DNA from: Deltaproteobacteria bacterium
Lineage (GTDB): Bacteria; Desulfobacterota; Syntrophia; Syntrophales; UBA5619
NCBI GenBank assembly: GCA_016935075.1
Contig: JAFGRP010000052.1
Coordinates: 1 to 40,994 of the forward strand
Length of the DNA stretch: 40,994 nt
Direction of reading: 5' to 3'
The first letter of the stretch is position 1. The number at the start of each line of letters is the position of its first letter. Of the stretch, positions 1 through 10,007 are shown one piece after another. The position numbers and the translations under genes are program-made. Under the pieces are notes generated by a model. The model was not told the DNA's origin and did not search any database. It was given only the letters and a program-made list of their open reading frames with translations.

Positions 1-79
<79 letters not shown>

Positions 80-154
80 TAATCCTGAAGGAGATTCCTC
101 TCCTCAATTTACTCGTGTACAAAGGACCCACAAATCAATTATCCCACTATTCAA

Positions 155-167
155 TTTCCAAAGAGCC
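155..167 (-). promoter_or_regulatory. rrn leader boxA antitermination element
   Basis: Minus strand GGCTCTTTGGAAA resembles the boxA consensus TGCTCTTTAACA, at the expected position upstream of 16S. Confidence 0.65.
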
Positions 168-271
168 AGTTAGAAACGAGCCGGTAGATCTAAGCCAATT
201 CCGATTTCCTGTCAAGAACAATTTCAAAAAACTTTCCGTCTCGCGACCCACTCCATTTGGGGTGGAAAGGT

Positions 272-301
272 ATTATAGATTCATTGAGACCTTGATGTCA
301 A
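272..301 (-). promoter_or_regulatory. rrn sigma70 promoter
   Basis: TTGACA (301-296), 18-nt spacer, TATAAT (277-272). Confidence 0.75.
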
Positions 302-348
302 GCGGAAATCTAAATTTTCTTTTCTCAACCCACTCTGTCAACGAACAA

Positions 349-383
349 GCGCGGCTTCTACCCCACCCGCCTCCAGGAGTCAA
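349..383 (-). promoter_or_regulatory. upstream rrn promoter with GC-rich discriminator
   Basis: TTGACT (383-378), 17 nt, TAGAAG (360-355), followed by CCGCGC. Confidence 0.55.
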
Positions 384-471
384 GCATTAATTTCAACTTT
401 CTTTTGAACCATTCTATACGGTCGGAATTAAACGATATGATTTCAAGCTGCCGGTCTGTGAAACGATCATT

Positions 472-1791
472 TTATCCCCTCACGGAGAGAATCACATACC
501 GTTTTTTCCCCTTTCGCAGACGAATTTCACTTTTCCCGTCCAGGTCGGCAAGACCGATTCTTTCATCGAAGGCCTTGATCTGCCGGTCATTGACATAGCC
601 GCCCCCCTGGGCGATGAGACGTCTCGCCTCCCCGCGGGAGGAACAGAGGCCGGCATCCTGGAACAGCTCAAATGCGGGGATCCCTCCGTCTAATCTGCTA
701 TGTTCTATCGGTATAGAAACGTACCCCGATGCTTTAACCGTTAAAGCCGGAATTTCAACATTTGACTTTCCTATTACATCAGGTCTTGGAATCGTACTGG
801 ACGGGAACAAATCCTTTTCGATCGGTCGGCTGCCGAAAAGCTGTACAGTCTGTTCATATGCCCCCACCGCCGCCGCCTGGCCATGGGTGATCTTCGTCGC
901 CTCAAAGGCCAGAACAGCTTTCGCCATATTGAGGCGGGCGTCGGCCAGCGTTTTCACTTCCTCGATCTCCTCCATCGGCAGGAATGTAAAGAGGGCGAGG
1001 AAACGCCCCACATCCGCATCCTCGGTGTTGATCCAGTACTGGTAATATTCATAGGGAGACGTCATTTCGGCATCGAGCCAGACGGTCCCCTTTTCGGTCT
1101 TTCCCATCTTGTGCCCCTGGGACGTGGAGATCAGGGGAAAGGTCATGCTGTATGTCGTTTTTCCCTCAATCCTGCGGATCAGGTCGATCCCGGCCACCAT
1201 GTTGCCCCACTGGTCGTTGCCCCCCATCTGCATGAGACATCCGTACTTTTGAAACAGATGGAGAAAATCGTAGGCCTGCAGGAGCATGTAATTGAATTCG
1301 ATGAAATTGAGCCCCGCCTCCAGGCGGATGCGGTAACTTTCGGCGGCGAGCATTCGGTTCACGCTGAAGTGGCGTCCGATATCCCTGAGAAACTCGATAT
1401 AATGGAGTCGTGTAAGCCAGTCGGCGTTGTTGAGCAAAACGGCCCTGCCTTTCCTGAAATCGATGTACCGGGAGAGCTGCGTCTTCAAGCATCCCGTGTT
1501 GTGATCGATCTGCTCCCGGGTCAGAATCTGGCGCATTTCCGTCTTGCCGGAGGGATCGCCGATCAGGGCTGTGCCGCCGCCGACGAGGGCGATCGGCCGG
1601 TGGCCGTGCCTCTGCATATGGACCAGCGACATGATCGGGACCAGAGATCCGATATGCAGGCTGGTCGCCGTCGGATCAAAACCGACATAACAGGTGATGG
1701 ATTTTTGGTCCAGAAGTTCCCGGATCTGAGGCTCATCCGTGATCTGTTCGATAAAACCCCTCTCCCGGAATACATCGTACACGCTCTTCAA
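472..1791 (-). CDS. tyrS: tyrosine--tRNA ligase
   Basis: YVGFDPTATSLHIGS (HIGH-like), KMGKT (KMSKS-like), C-terminal S4 domain; TTG start at 1791 with GGAGG RBS (ORF-track start 1893 likely too long). Confidence 0.97.
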   Translation of the reverse strand: MKSVYDVFRERGFIEQITDEPQIRELLDQKSITCYVGFDPTATSLHIGSLVPIMSLVHMQRHGHRPIALVGGGTALIGDPSGKTEMRQILTREQIDHNTGCLKTQLSRYIDFRKGRAVLLNNADWLTRLHYIEFLRDIGRHFSVNRMLAAESYRIRLEAGLNFIEFNYMLLQAYDFLHLFQKYGCLMQMGGNDQWGNMVAGIDLIRRIEGKTTYSMTFPLISTSQGHKMGKTEKGTVWLDAEMTSPYEYYQYWINTEDADVGRFLALFTFLPMEEIEEVKTLADARLNMAKAVLAFEATKITHGQAAAVGAYEQTVQLFGSRPIEKDLFPSSTIPRPDVIGKSNVEIPALTVKASGYVSIPIEHSRLDGGIPAFELFQDAGLCSSRGEARRLIAQGGGYVNDRQIKAFDERIGLADLDGKSEIRLRKGKKRYVILSVRG

Positions 1792-1858
1792 CGCCTCGCC
1801 TCCATTTTCCAAAAAACGCCGGCAACATCCCAAATCTCCGCGTAAAAGGCCCCAGGAT

Positions 1859-2656
1859 TCAGAATGAGCGCCCCGGCTCCGCCAACAATACATTCAACCT
1901 TTCCAGCGCCGTCGCCCGACCGTCGGCGGCGGCCTCTACCAAAACTCCCTGGAGGCGGACGTCCCCCTTGGCAACATCGAACTTGATTGGAATCTGCAGG
2001 AGAAATCGCCGCAGGATGCTGTCCTTATTAATCCCGATCACGGAATCGAATGGACCCGTCATGCCGACGTCGGTGATGTACGCGGCACCCCCGGGAAGAA
2101 TCCTTTCATCCGCCGTCTGTACATGGGTGTGGGTCCCCAGAACCGCCGTGACCCTGCCGTCCAGATACCAGCCCATGGCGATCTTCTCCGAAGTCGCCTC
2201 TGCGTGCATATCCACGATGATCACCCGGGCCTTCTTCCTCAATTTCTCAATCTCCCGCCCGGCCGTCCGGAAGGGGCAGTCGAGGGGATGCATGAAAACC
2301 CGGCCCGCCATATTGAGCACCCCGACAGGAATTCCTCCCGGAGCATGAACCACCACGCTTCCCCGACCGGGCGACCCTTCGGGATAATTGGCCGGCCGGA
2401 GCAGCGTCTCGTAATCGTCCACGAATTCCATGACCTCTTTTTTATCCCAGATATGGTTCCCGGAGGTCAGGACATCGATATGGGCCCCATACAGCTCTTC
2501 GACGATCTCCGCAGTCACGCCGAATCCTGCCGCGGCATTTTCGCAGTTGGCAATGACGAAATCGATCCGGCGTTCCTCGATGATCCCGGGGAGAAGTTCG
2601 CGGACGGCCCTTCGCCCAGGCTTGCCCACTATATCCCCAATAAAGAGTATCTTCAT
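1859..2656 (-). CDS. ymdB: YmdB/TIGR00282 family metallophosphoesterase
   Basis: GDIVGKPGR, NCENAA, GNH, HAEATSEK, GTHTHVQTAD motifs; canonical position after rny. Confidence 0.93.
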   Translation of the reverse strand: MKILFIGDIVGKPGRRAVRELLPGIIEERRIDFVIANCENAAAGFGVTAEIVEELYGAHIDVLTSGNHIWDKKEVMEFVDDYETLLRPANYPEGSPGRGSVVVHAPGGIPVGVLNMAGRVFMHPLDCPFRTAGREIEKLRKKARVIIVDMHAEATSEKIAMGWYLDGRVTAVLGTHTHVQTADERILPGGAAYITDVGMTGPFDSVIGINKDSILRRFLLQIPIKFDVAKGDVRLQGVLVEAAADGRATALERLNVLLAEPGRSF

Positions 2657-2665
2657 GAAGATATC

Positions 2666-4240
2666 CTATCGCGCAAAATCAGAAACGCGCGTTTCCCGGA
2701 TTACGGTCACCTTGATCTGTCCGGGGTATGCCAGCTCCGCCTCGATTTTCTTGACGATGTCCTTGCAGAGCATCACCGTGTCATTGTCGGAAATTTTCTC
2801 ATTCTCAACCATAATCCGGATTTCTCTCCCGGCCTGGATCGCAAAGCACTTGTCGACGCCGTTGAACGATTTCGCAATATTTTCAAGCTCTTCCAAACGC
2901 TTGACGTAACTCTCCAGCATCTCCCGCCGCGCCCCCGGTCTTGCCGCCGACAACGTATCCGCCGCCTGGACCAAAACACCCAGCAGGGTGTTGGTCCTGC
3001 CGTCGTCATGGTGGGTGGCGATGGCCTGGACGATGCGCGGGGTTTCACCGAACCGTTTCGCATAATCGGCGCCAATGCCGGCGTGGGTTCCTTCTACCTT
3101 GTGATCGATGGCCTTCCCGATATCGTGCAGGAGCCCCGCCCTTTTCGCTTCCTTAATGTTCATCTTCAGTTCGGCCGCCATCATTCCCGTTAGATGGGCA
3201 ACCTCAATGGAATGATGGAGAACGTTCTGGGAATAGCTCGTCCGAAACTTGAGGCTGCCGAGCAGAGTGATCAGTTCGGGATGCAGATCATGGACACCGA
3301 CATCGAAGGAGGTTCTCTCTCCGGTTTCCTTGATGATCGAATCCACCTCCAACCGGACCTTCTTGACGATCTCTTCGATCCGGCCCGGATGGATTCGACC
3401 GTCCGTGATCAATCTCTCCAAGGAAAGGCGAGCCACTTCGCGCCGCACCGGATCGAAGCTGGAAAGCACAACCGCCTCCGGCGTATCATCGACGATCAGG
3501 TCGATCCCCGTCGCCGCCTCAATCGCCCGGATGTTCCTTCCCTCCCGGCCGATAATTCTCCCCTTCATCTCATCATTGGGAAGGTTGACTACCGAGACCG
3601 TGTTTTCGGCCACATAATCACCCGCATAGCGCTGAATCGCATAGGCAATGACCTCCCGCGCCGTATTGTCGGCCGTCCGCCGGGCCTCCTCCTCGATCTT
3701 CCGGATCATCAGAGCGGCATCCCGCTTCGCCGCCTCTTCCATCGACTGAATCAGGAGCTTCTTCGCCTCATCCGAGGTAATGCCGGCGATCTGTTCCAGC
3801 TTGATCTTCTGCTCTTCCAGTATCCGGTCGGCGCGTTCGTGCTTTTCGTTGAGCTGGGATTCCCTGTGCAGGATCGCCTTTTCCCGGTTTTCGATCGCGG
3901 TTTCCTTTTGAGACAGAAGATCGCTCCTCCGTTCGAGATTTTCTTCCTTGGACCGGATTCTTCGTTCCAGGGCGTCGAGTTCGCTCTTTCGGTCCCGCGT
4001 ATCCTTCTCAAACTCGCTTTTGGCCTTGAGCAGGTTCTCCTTCGCCTGGAGGATGGCCTCCTTCTTGATGTTCTCGGCCTCCTTCTTCGACTCCTCGATG
4101 ATCCTCGCCGAGAGGTTCTCACAGGATTCCAGTTTTTTTCGGGAAATCTGCTGTTTGATCATGAATCCCAGCACCCCGCCGACGGCCAGCACCACCAGCA
4201 GAGACAGGATTAACATACCGTTATATAACAAAGTTTTCAC
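2666..4240 (-). CDS. rny: ribonuclease Y
   Basis: N-terminal TM plus coiled coil, KH domain ([13 protein letters not shown]), HD domain (LLHDIGK); GTG start with AAGGAG RBS. Confidence 0.97.
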   Translation of the reverse strand: MKTLLYNGMLILSLLVVLAVGGVLGFMIKQQISRKKLESCENLSARIIEESKKEAENIKKEAILQAKENLLKAKSEFEKDTRDRKSELDALERRIRSKEENLERRSDLLSQKETAIENREKAILHRESQLNEKHERADRILEEQKIKLEQIAGITSDEAKKLLIQSMEEAAKRDAALMIRKIEEEARRTADNTAREVIAYAIQRYAGDYVAENTVSVVNLPNDEMKGRIIGREGRNIRAIEAATGIDLIVDDTPEAVVLSSFDPVRREVARLSLERLITDGRIHPGRIEEIVKKVRLEVDSIIKETGERTSFDVGVHDLHPELITLLGSLKFRTSYSQNVLHHSIEVAHLTGMMAAELKMNIKEAKRAGLLHDIGKAIDHKVEGTHAGIGADYAKRFGETPRIVQAIATHHDDGRTNTLLGVLVQAADTLSAARPGARREMLESYVKRLEELENIAKSFNGVDKCFAIQAGREIRIMVENEKISDNDTVMLCKDIVKKIEAELAYPGQIKVTVIRETRVSDFAR

Positions 4241-4344
4241 CTCCTTGACATTTTACGAACGCAAATCGACTGCCAGCGATGGATTAATTCGGGATTTCAG
4301 AGGAAAGGAACGCGCTTGAAGCGGTGGGGATGGGTTCAAAAAAA

Positions 4345-4536
4345 CCCCCGCCGATGCCGTGTCAACCACCTTTTTGAACCAGTTGAAAAGTGGGGGCCTA
4401 ATGTTGCCGCTTCAGGCTTTCCACCTTCCGATTCCGCGGACTTCCGGCGGACATGCACACGGCGGACAAGGAAAGGTCCCCGGTTCCCAGGTGTTGGCTC
4501 AAAAAACGAATGTTAATCACGCACATCGCAGGGGAT
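4345..4536 (-). ncRNA. ssrS: 6S RNA
   Basis: About 190 nt directly downstream of zapA; closing stem CCCCTGCGATGTGCGTG / CACGGCATCGGCGGGGG; TGAGCCAACA and GGTTCAA segments typical of 6S. Confidence 0.88.
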
Positions 4537-4543
4537 AATCAGT

Positions 4544-4825
4544 TTACCTTATATCGTTAATCAAGTGGATCAATTGTTCCGCTCTGCTCTCCAATCGGTT
4601 ATATCCGTCTTCTTCTTTTGTTCCCAGCATCTGCAAATACTCATCCGCAATGTTTAATGCGGCCAGGATGGCAATGTTCAAGGCGTCCCTGCTGCCGGCG
4701 GCTTTTCCTGCCTCCTCCACCTTGCCACTGACAAACCTGATAACACTCGCTACATGCTCATCCCCCGAATCGCTTATCACTGAGAGTTCCTGCCCCAGTA
4801 TCCTCACATCAAAGCGCTTTTTCAA
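4544..4825 (-). CDS. zapA: cell division protein ZapA
   Basis: VRILGQEL...AILAALNIADE motif; upstream of 6S RNA. Confidence 0.9.
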   Translation of the reverse strand: MKKRFDVRILGQELSVISDSGDEHVASVIRFVSGKVEEAGKAAGSRDALNIAILAALNIADEYLQMLGTKEEDGYNRLESRAEQLIHLINDIR

Positions 4826-4846
4826 TGGACGACCTCAAGGTTTGTT

Positions 4847-5074
4847 TTAGGGCGACTTTATCTCCTGAAGCAAATCAAGAAGCGAGTCCACCTTTGTGCG
4901 TACAGCGTCCCTTTCTTCTCTCAACCCCCCCATTTTTTTATTTGCTTCATCCAGCTCCGTAGTTTTATTTTGCAGCAGTTCTTCCAACTCCAGGTTCCTT
5001 TTTTTCAGCAGCACGTAATCACCGATCAGACCGTTGATCTTCTTTTCCAACTCATCGAACTTCAGAAATTCCAC
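4847..5074 (-). CDS. zapB: ZapB-like coiled-coil cell division protein
   Basis: Short coiled coil FDELEKKINGLI...VRTKVDSLL upstream of zapA; GTG start inferred. Confidence 0.75.
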   Translation of the reverse strand: MEFLKFDELEKKINGLIGDYVLLKKRNLELEELLQNKTTELDEANKKMGGLREERDAVRTKVDSLLDLLQEIKSP

Positions 5075-5155
5075 AATTCCACCCGTTTTCCTTTGATATT
5101 CAAGATGAATGATTCTGCCGGACCTGGACGCCGGCACCGCGCAATTTTCGGGATG

Positions 5156-5184
5156 ATTATGCCTATCCGGCCCACGAAAGTCAA
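5156..5184 (-). promoter_or_regulatory. sigma70 promoter for zapB-zapA-ssrS-rny
   Basis: TTGACT, 17 nt, CATAAT. Confidence 0.6.
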
Positions 5185-5241
5185 GACCTTATTTCGGCGT
5201 TTTCTCCGCCGGAAGAGGATCGGATGGTTGAGGGGATTTGT

Positions 5242-6294
5242 TTATGCGGTCACTTCGGCCCGCCGAGAATCGCCGCCTTCCGTTTCCGTGCCCGATCCGC
5301 ACACCCCGGGACCGGAACATGCGATGGGGGGTTCCCCGATTTGCTGAAAATAGTCCTGCAGGGCCTTCCATGCCGAGTCCCGATCGCTGATGCGCCCCGC
5401 CGCCTGGCGAAACTGGGCGCCGCCTTTAAGCCCCTTCGTATACCAGAGGAGGTGTTTCCGGAAGTCCCGGGTACCGATTTTTTCGCCGTAAAAATCGATG
5501 GCCAGCATCAGATGACGCCGGATGATCTCTTCCCGCTCCGCAATGGACGGCTCGGAGATCCCGGTTCCGGACAGGTGGGACAGGACATTTCCGATGAGCC
5601 AGGGATTCCCCAGGGTTCCTCTCCCCACCATGATCCCGTCGCAGCCGGTCTCCCGGAACATCCGGGCGGCATCCTCCGGACAGCGGATATCGCCGCTCCC
5701 GACCACGGGGATCCGGAGCCGCCCCTTGAGGGTCGCAATCAGCCTCCAGTCCGACCGTCCCCCGAAACCCTGGTCGGCCGTGCGGGGATGGAGGATGACG
5801 GCATCCACACCGCATTCCTGGGCGATTTGCCCAATCTCGACGGCATTGACCTGACGGGTGGTCCACCCGGCGCGGATCTTCACCGTCAGGGGCAGGGTCG
5901 ACGCCTTTCTTACGGCTCGCAGGACGGCGGCCGCGCGTTCCGGATCCCTCATCAGCGACGCCCCGGAACCGCTCTTGGCGACTTTCTTCACCGGACAGCC
6001 CATATTCACGTCCAGAAGGTCGGCCCCCCGTTCCGCGGCAATCCCCGCGGCCGCGGCAAGCGTTTCCGGATCGCAGCCGAAGAGTTGGACTCCGAGCGGC
6101 CGGTCCTCGGGCGAAGAGACCAGATAGCGGAGGGTCTTGCCGGATCCCCGAACCAGGCCGGTGGCGCTGATCATTTCGGTAAACGCCAGGCCGCAGCCGA
6201 ACGAACGGGCAACCATCCGGAAGGGAAGATCGGTGATCCCTGCCATCGGGGCGAGAAAAACGCCATTCTTCAAATGCAGACAACCGATGTTCAT
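5242..6294 (-). CDS. dusB: tRNA-dihydrouridine synthase B
   Basis: LAPMAGITD, DVNMGCP, TVKIRAGW, HPRT, SGDI motifs. Confidence 0.93.
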   Translation of the reverse strand: MNIGCLHLKNGVFLAPMAGITDLPFRMVARSFGCGLAFTEMISATGLVRGSGKTLRYLVSSPEDRPLGVQLFGCDPETLAAAAGIAAERGADLLDVNMGCPVKKVAKSGSGASLMRDPERAAAVLRAVRKASTLPLTVKIRAGWTTRQVNAVEIGQIAQECGVDAVILHPRTADQGFGGRSDWRLIATLKGRLRIPVVGSGDIRCPEDAARMFRETGCDGIMVGRGTLGNPWLIGNVLSHLSGTGISEPSIAEREEIIRRHLMLAIDFYGEKIGTRDFRKHLLWYTKGLKGGAQFRQAAGRISDRDSAWKALQDYFQQIGEPPIACSGPGVCGSGTETEGGDSRRAEVTA

Positions 6295-6321
6295 AAGATA
6301 TTTCCAGAAAGAATCAAATGT

Positions 6322-7092
6322 TCACCGGGATTTGCGCGCCGCCATGCGGCGACCCGCCCTCTCCAGTTCCCCAGCCGTGTTGATCCCCATGACCTCCACA
6401 GGATCGGGCGCCAGGGACGAACTCGCCCGCAGTCCATTATTGCATGCAATTTCAATAATATCGGTCAGATAATATTCCCTCTGGACGTTCCGATTGCCAA
6501 GACCGGCGACCGCAGGGAACAGGAAGCGGCTCTCCACGCAGTAAATTCCCGTATTGATCTCGCGGATCCTCTTCTCCTCCGGCGCAGCGTCTTTTTCTTC
6601 GACGATCTTCACAACGCGTCCGCCGTCGGTCTTGACCACCCGGCCATAACCGGCCGGGTTCCCCGGAATCGTCGTCAGAACCGTGACGGCCGCCCCCTCC
6701 GACCGATGGCGGTCATACAGAGACATGACCGTCTCCGGCCGGATCAGCGGGACATCGCCACAGAGGATGACGACCGTGCCGTCATGGTCCCGGAAGGTCT
6801 CCGCCGCCTGAAGGACGGCATGGCCGGTTCCCAACTGCTCCTGCTGTTCCGCAAAAATCAACCCCTGATCCTGGAATTCCTCACGGATCCGTCCCGCCTG
6901 ATGGCCGATAACGACGACGATCTTCTCCGCACCTGCCGCACGGGCCGCCGCGACCGGATAGGCCAGCATCGGAAGCCCGCAGAGGGGGTGCAGCACCTTT
7001 GCAAGGTCGGATTTCATCCTCTTCCCTTTCCCTGCTGCCAGGATGATCGCGGAGAATCCCCGCTTTCCCCGGGTATCGCCCTTGCCGTTCAT
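6322..7092 (-). CDS. GlmU-like N-acetylglucosamine-1-phosphate uridylyltransferase, N-terminal domain only
   Basis: LAAGKGKRMKS..KVLH, QLGTGHAV, GYGR, EINTG, EYYLTD; ends at 256 aa without the hexapeptide acetyltransferase domain. Confidence 0.88.
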   Translation of the reverse strand: MNGKGDTRGKRGFSAIILAAGKGKRMKSDLAKVLHPLCGLPMLAYPVAAARAAGAEKIVVVIGHQAGRIREEFQDQGLIFAEQQEQLGTGHAVLQAAETFRDHDGTVVILCGDVPLIRPETVMSLYDRHRSEGAAVTVLTTIPGNPAGYGRVVKTDGGRVVKIVEEKDAAPEEKRIREINTGIYCVESRFLFPAVAGLGNRNVQREYYLTDIIEIACNNGLRASSSLAPDPVEVMGINTAGELERAGRRMAARKSR

Positions 7093-7359
7093 GCCTCATC
7101 CACCCTATCTCAATCTGATCTTTTCCGCCCCGGGTCCGGGATCCATCCCTCATGGATCCCCGTTCGTAGTCGAACAACCGTTTAGGGTGGAAACTTACCA
7201 GATTCCACGGGGAAAAGACAAACGATTTATCTTCGTCGCTTTATCGCCCCCGCCTGTAAATCCGTCTTGCGGTTTCCTGCTTTGGATTTGTTTGACTCCG
7301 GTCCTGTTTTTCGATATGTGTGATCCACACGTTCACAATACAGCGGAAGGAGATCCTTC

Positions 7360-8694
7360 ATGACCCATGTCCTGCTGATCGGCAACGGGGCCCGCGAACA
7401 CGCGATCGCCGAAACAATCCGGCGCTCGCAACGGGAACCCCGCCTCTATTCCTTCATGAAAACGAACAATCCCGGCATTGCCTCACTTTCGGAGGAGGTC
7501 TGCCTCGGCCGGTACGATGATCCGGATGCCGTCGTCGCTTTCGCCCGTGAGTCCGATGTCGCCTTTGCCGTCATCGGTCCCGAAGACCCCCTGAGCCGCG
7601 GCGTCGTGGATGCCCTTGAAGCCGCAGGCATCCCGGCGGTGGGACCGACCCGGTCACTGGCCCGTCTGGAAACGTCAAAATCATTCACAAGAAACCTGCT
7701 CGAAAAATACGGAATCCCCGGAAATCCGCTTTTCCGGAATTTCCGCTCTGCCGACGGCATCGAGGCCTTCTTGGATGAATTGGACGGCATCGTCCTCAAA
7801 CCGGACGGCCTGACCGGCGGCAAGGGGGTCCTCGTCCAGGGGGACCATTTCCGGACGCGCGACGAGGCGTTCGACCTCTGTTGCGGCATTCTCAAGAGCC
7901 ACCCCGGTGTAACCGTCGAGGAGAAACTGGAGGGAGAGGAATTCTCCCTGCAATGCCTCTGCGACGGCCGGACGGTGGTGGCAACCCCGCCGGTTCAGGA
8001 CCACAAACGGCGCTTCGCCGACGACCGCGGCCCGAATACAGGCGGGATGGGCTCCTACTCCGCCGCCGACCACCTTCTCCCCTTCCTGGACGTCTCCGCC
8101 GTCGCCGACGGCCTGGCGATCACCCGACAGGTCGCCGAGGCGATCCGCCGGGAGACGGGCGTCCCCTACAAGGGTGTCATGTACGGCGGCTTCATGATCA
8201 CCCGTTCCGGGGTGAAGCTGATCGAATACAACGCCCGCTTCGGAGATCCCGAGGCGATGAACATCCTGCCGCTGCTCCGGACCGATTTTATCGATATCTG
8301 CCGGGCAATCATCGACGGACAGTTGGACCGCCTGGATATTGTATTTGAAAAAAAGGCGACGGTATGCAAGTATGCCGTCCCGAAGGGCTACGGTCTCCCC
8401 CCGGATCACCCGGATGCCGCCTCCACATCCTCCCGGATCGAGATCGGCGACGTGGGCGAGGCCAGACTTTACTATTCGTCCATCGACCGGAGGCCGGACG
8501 GTCTTTACATGACCCCATCGCGGGCGATCGGGGTCGTCGGGATCGCCGACAGTCTGGGTGAGGCGGAACGGGTGGCCGAAAAGGCCGTAAACGCCATCCG
8601 CGGTCCCGTGGATCACCGGCGGGACATCGGCACCGAACCGCTCCTCAGGAAGCGGATTCAGCACATGAAAATACTCAAGGGAGAGTCGACATAA
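7360..8694 (+). CDS. purD: phosphoribosylamine--glycine ligase
   Basis: [36 protein letters not shown]. Confidence 0.95.
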   Translation: MTHVLLIGNGAREHAIAETIRRSQREPRLYSFMKTNNPGIASLSEEVCLGRYDDPDAVVAFARESDVAFAVIGPEDPLSRGVVDALEAAGIPAVGPTRSLARLETSKSFTRNLLEKYGIPGNPLFRNFRSADGIEAFLDELDGIVLKPDGLTGGKGVLVQGDHFRTRDEAFDLCCGILKSHPGVTVEEKLEGEEFSLQCLCDGRTVVATPPVQDHKRRFADDRGPNTGGMGSYSAADHLLPFLDVSAVADGLAITRQVAEAIRRETGVPYKGVMYGGFMITRSGVKLIEYNARFGDPEAMNILPLLRTDFIDICRAIIDGQLDRLDIVFEKKATVCKYAVPKGYGLPPDHPDAASTSSRIEIGDVGEARLYYSSIDRRPDGLYMTPSRAIGVVGIADSLGEAERVAEKAVNAIRGPVDHRRDIGTEPLLRKRIQHMKILKGEST

Positions 8695-8710
8695 ATCACA
8701 GGAGGTCAGC

Positions 8711-9334
8711 ATGCGTCAAAACACCATCAAGAGGGTCGTGATCAGCGTGACGGACAAGAAGGGGATCGTCGAATTCGCCCAGGGGCTCCAGCCCTTCGGC
8801 GTGGAGATCCTCTCCACGGGCGGAACGGCGGCGCAGCTTCGGAAAAGCGGCGTCCCGGTCACCGACGTGTCGGATTACACCGGTTTTCCGGAGATGATGG
8901 ACGGAAGGCTCAAAACCCTCCATCCGAAGATCCACGGCGGCCTTCTGGCGCTCCGGGACAACGAGGGCCATATGGAAGCCCTCCGGAAACACGGGATCAA
9001 TCTGATCGATATGGTCGTCATCAACCTCTACCGCTTCGAGGACACGGTCGCGCAGGAGGGCTGCACGCTGGCACACGCCGTCGAAAACATCGACATCGGC
9101 GGCCCCACGATGCTCCGCGCGGCCTCCAAAAACTGGCGCTTTGTCTCCGTCGTGACCGATCCGGGGGATTACCTGAAGATTCTGGAGGAGATGAAGGAGA
9201 CGGGGGGAAAGATTTCCGAGGCGACCAACTTCGAGCTGGCCAAGAAAACCTTTCAGCTCACATCACGTTACGACGGCGCCATCTCCAGGTACCTCGGGCA
9301 GTTCAGCGGTGAAAACGCGGCCAAGATGCGATGA
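8711..9334 (+). CDS. purH: stand-alone IMP cyclohydrolase (N-terminal MGS-like half of PurH)
   Basis: [40 protein letters not shown]; 207 aa with no transformylase domain. Confidence 0.88.
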   Translation: MRQNTIKRVVISVTDKKGIVEFAQGLQPFGVEILSTGGTAAQLRKSGVPVTDVSDYTGFPEMMDGRLKTLHPKIHGGLLALRDNEGHMEALRKHGINLIDMVVINLYRFEDTVAQEGCTLAHAVENIDIGGPTMLRAASKNWRFVSVVTDPGDYLKILEEMKETGGKISEATNFELAKKTFQLTSRYDGAISRYLGQFSGENAAKMR

Positions 9335-9502
9335 TCCGGGACGGCGGCAAACACATGGCGGCACCGCTCGCCGCCGGAATGCGGCAGTTCGGCGTGCACG
9401 GATAGGGGAAACGGAGGGGCGGGGTTTTCCCCGGCGTTCTTCGCGCCCGGGGGAACGGTCCGCCGTTAAGACCTCCGGAAATATGCAGAGGGGTTAAAAG
9501 GT

Positions 9503-10006
9503 ATGCAGGAAAACAGGGAAGTCGTCGTCAGCGTCGTCATGGGAAGCGATTCCGATCTTCCCGTCATGGAGGAGACCGTCAAGGTACTGGAGGAATTTTC
9601 CATCCCTCATGAGCTCTATCTGACCTCAGCCCACCGGACGCCGGAGCGGACGGCGCAGTTCGCCCGCGGGGCGACCAAACGGGGGGTCCGGGTCATCATC
9701 GTCGGCGCCGGCGCCGCCGCCCACCTGGCCGGGGTGATCGCGTCCCAGACACTGCTGCCGGTGATCGGGGTGCCCATCGACGCCACATCGCTCCGGGGAA
9801 TGGACGCCCTATTCGCCACGGTCCAGATGCCGGGGGGAATCCCCGTTGCGACCATGGCCATCGGCAAGGCGGGGGCGAAAAATGCCGCCCTGTTTGCAGT
9901 CCGGATCCTGGCTCTGGGGGATGCCGACCTTCTGAAGAAACTCCACGTCTATATCCGGAAGATGGCGCGGGAGGTTGAACGGAAGCACGAGAACCTGAAG
10001 AAATGA
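9503..10006 (+). CDS. purE: N5-carboxyaminoimidazole ribonucleotide mutase
   Basis: MGSDSD, SAHRTP, AAHLAG, VQMPGGIPVAT. Confidence 0.96.
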   Translation: MQENREVVVSVVMGSDSDLPVMEETVKVLEEFSIPHELYLTSAHRTPERTAQFARGATKRGVRVIIVGAGAAAHLAGVIASQTLLPVIGVPIDATSLRGMDALFATVQMPGGIPVATMAIGKAGAKNAALFAVRILALGDADLLKKLHVYIRKMAREVERKHENLKK

Positions 10007-10007
10007 T

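Noticed and set aside
115-598. Plus-strand ORFs 115-390 and 404-598
   Set aside because: They overlap the rrn leader and promoters and the tyrS 3' end; no coding signal
7140-7359. ZTP or purine riboswitch upstream of purD
   Set aside because: No conserved aptamer motifs seen
7908-7914. TGTAACC inside purD as a fourth ECF promoter
   Set aside because: No CGTT at the 15-nt spacing, and it is intragenic
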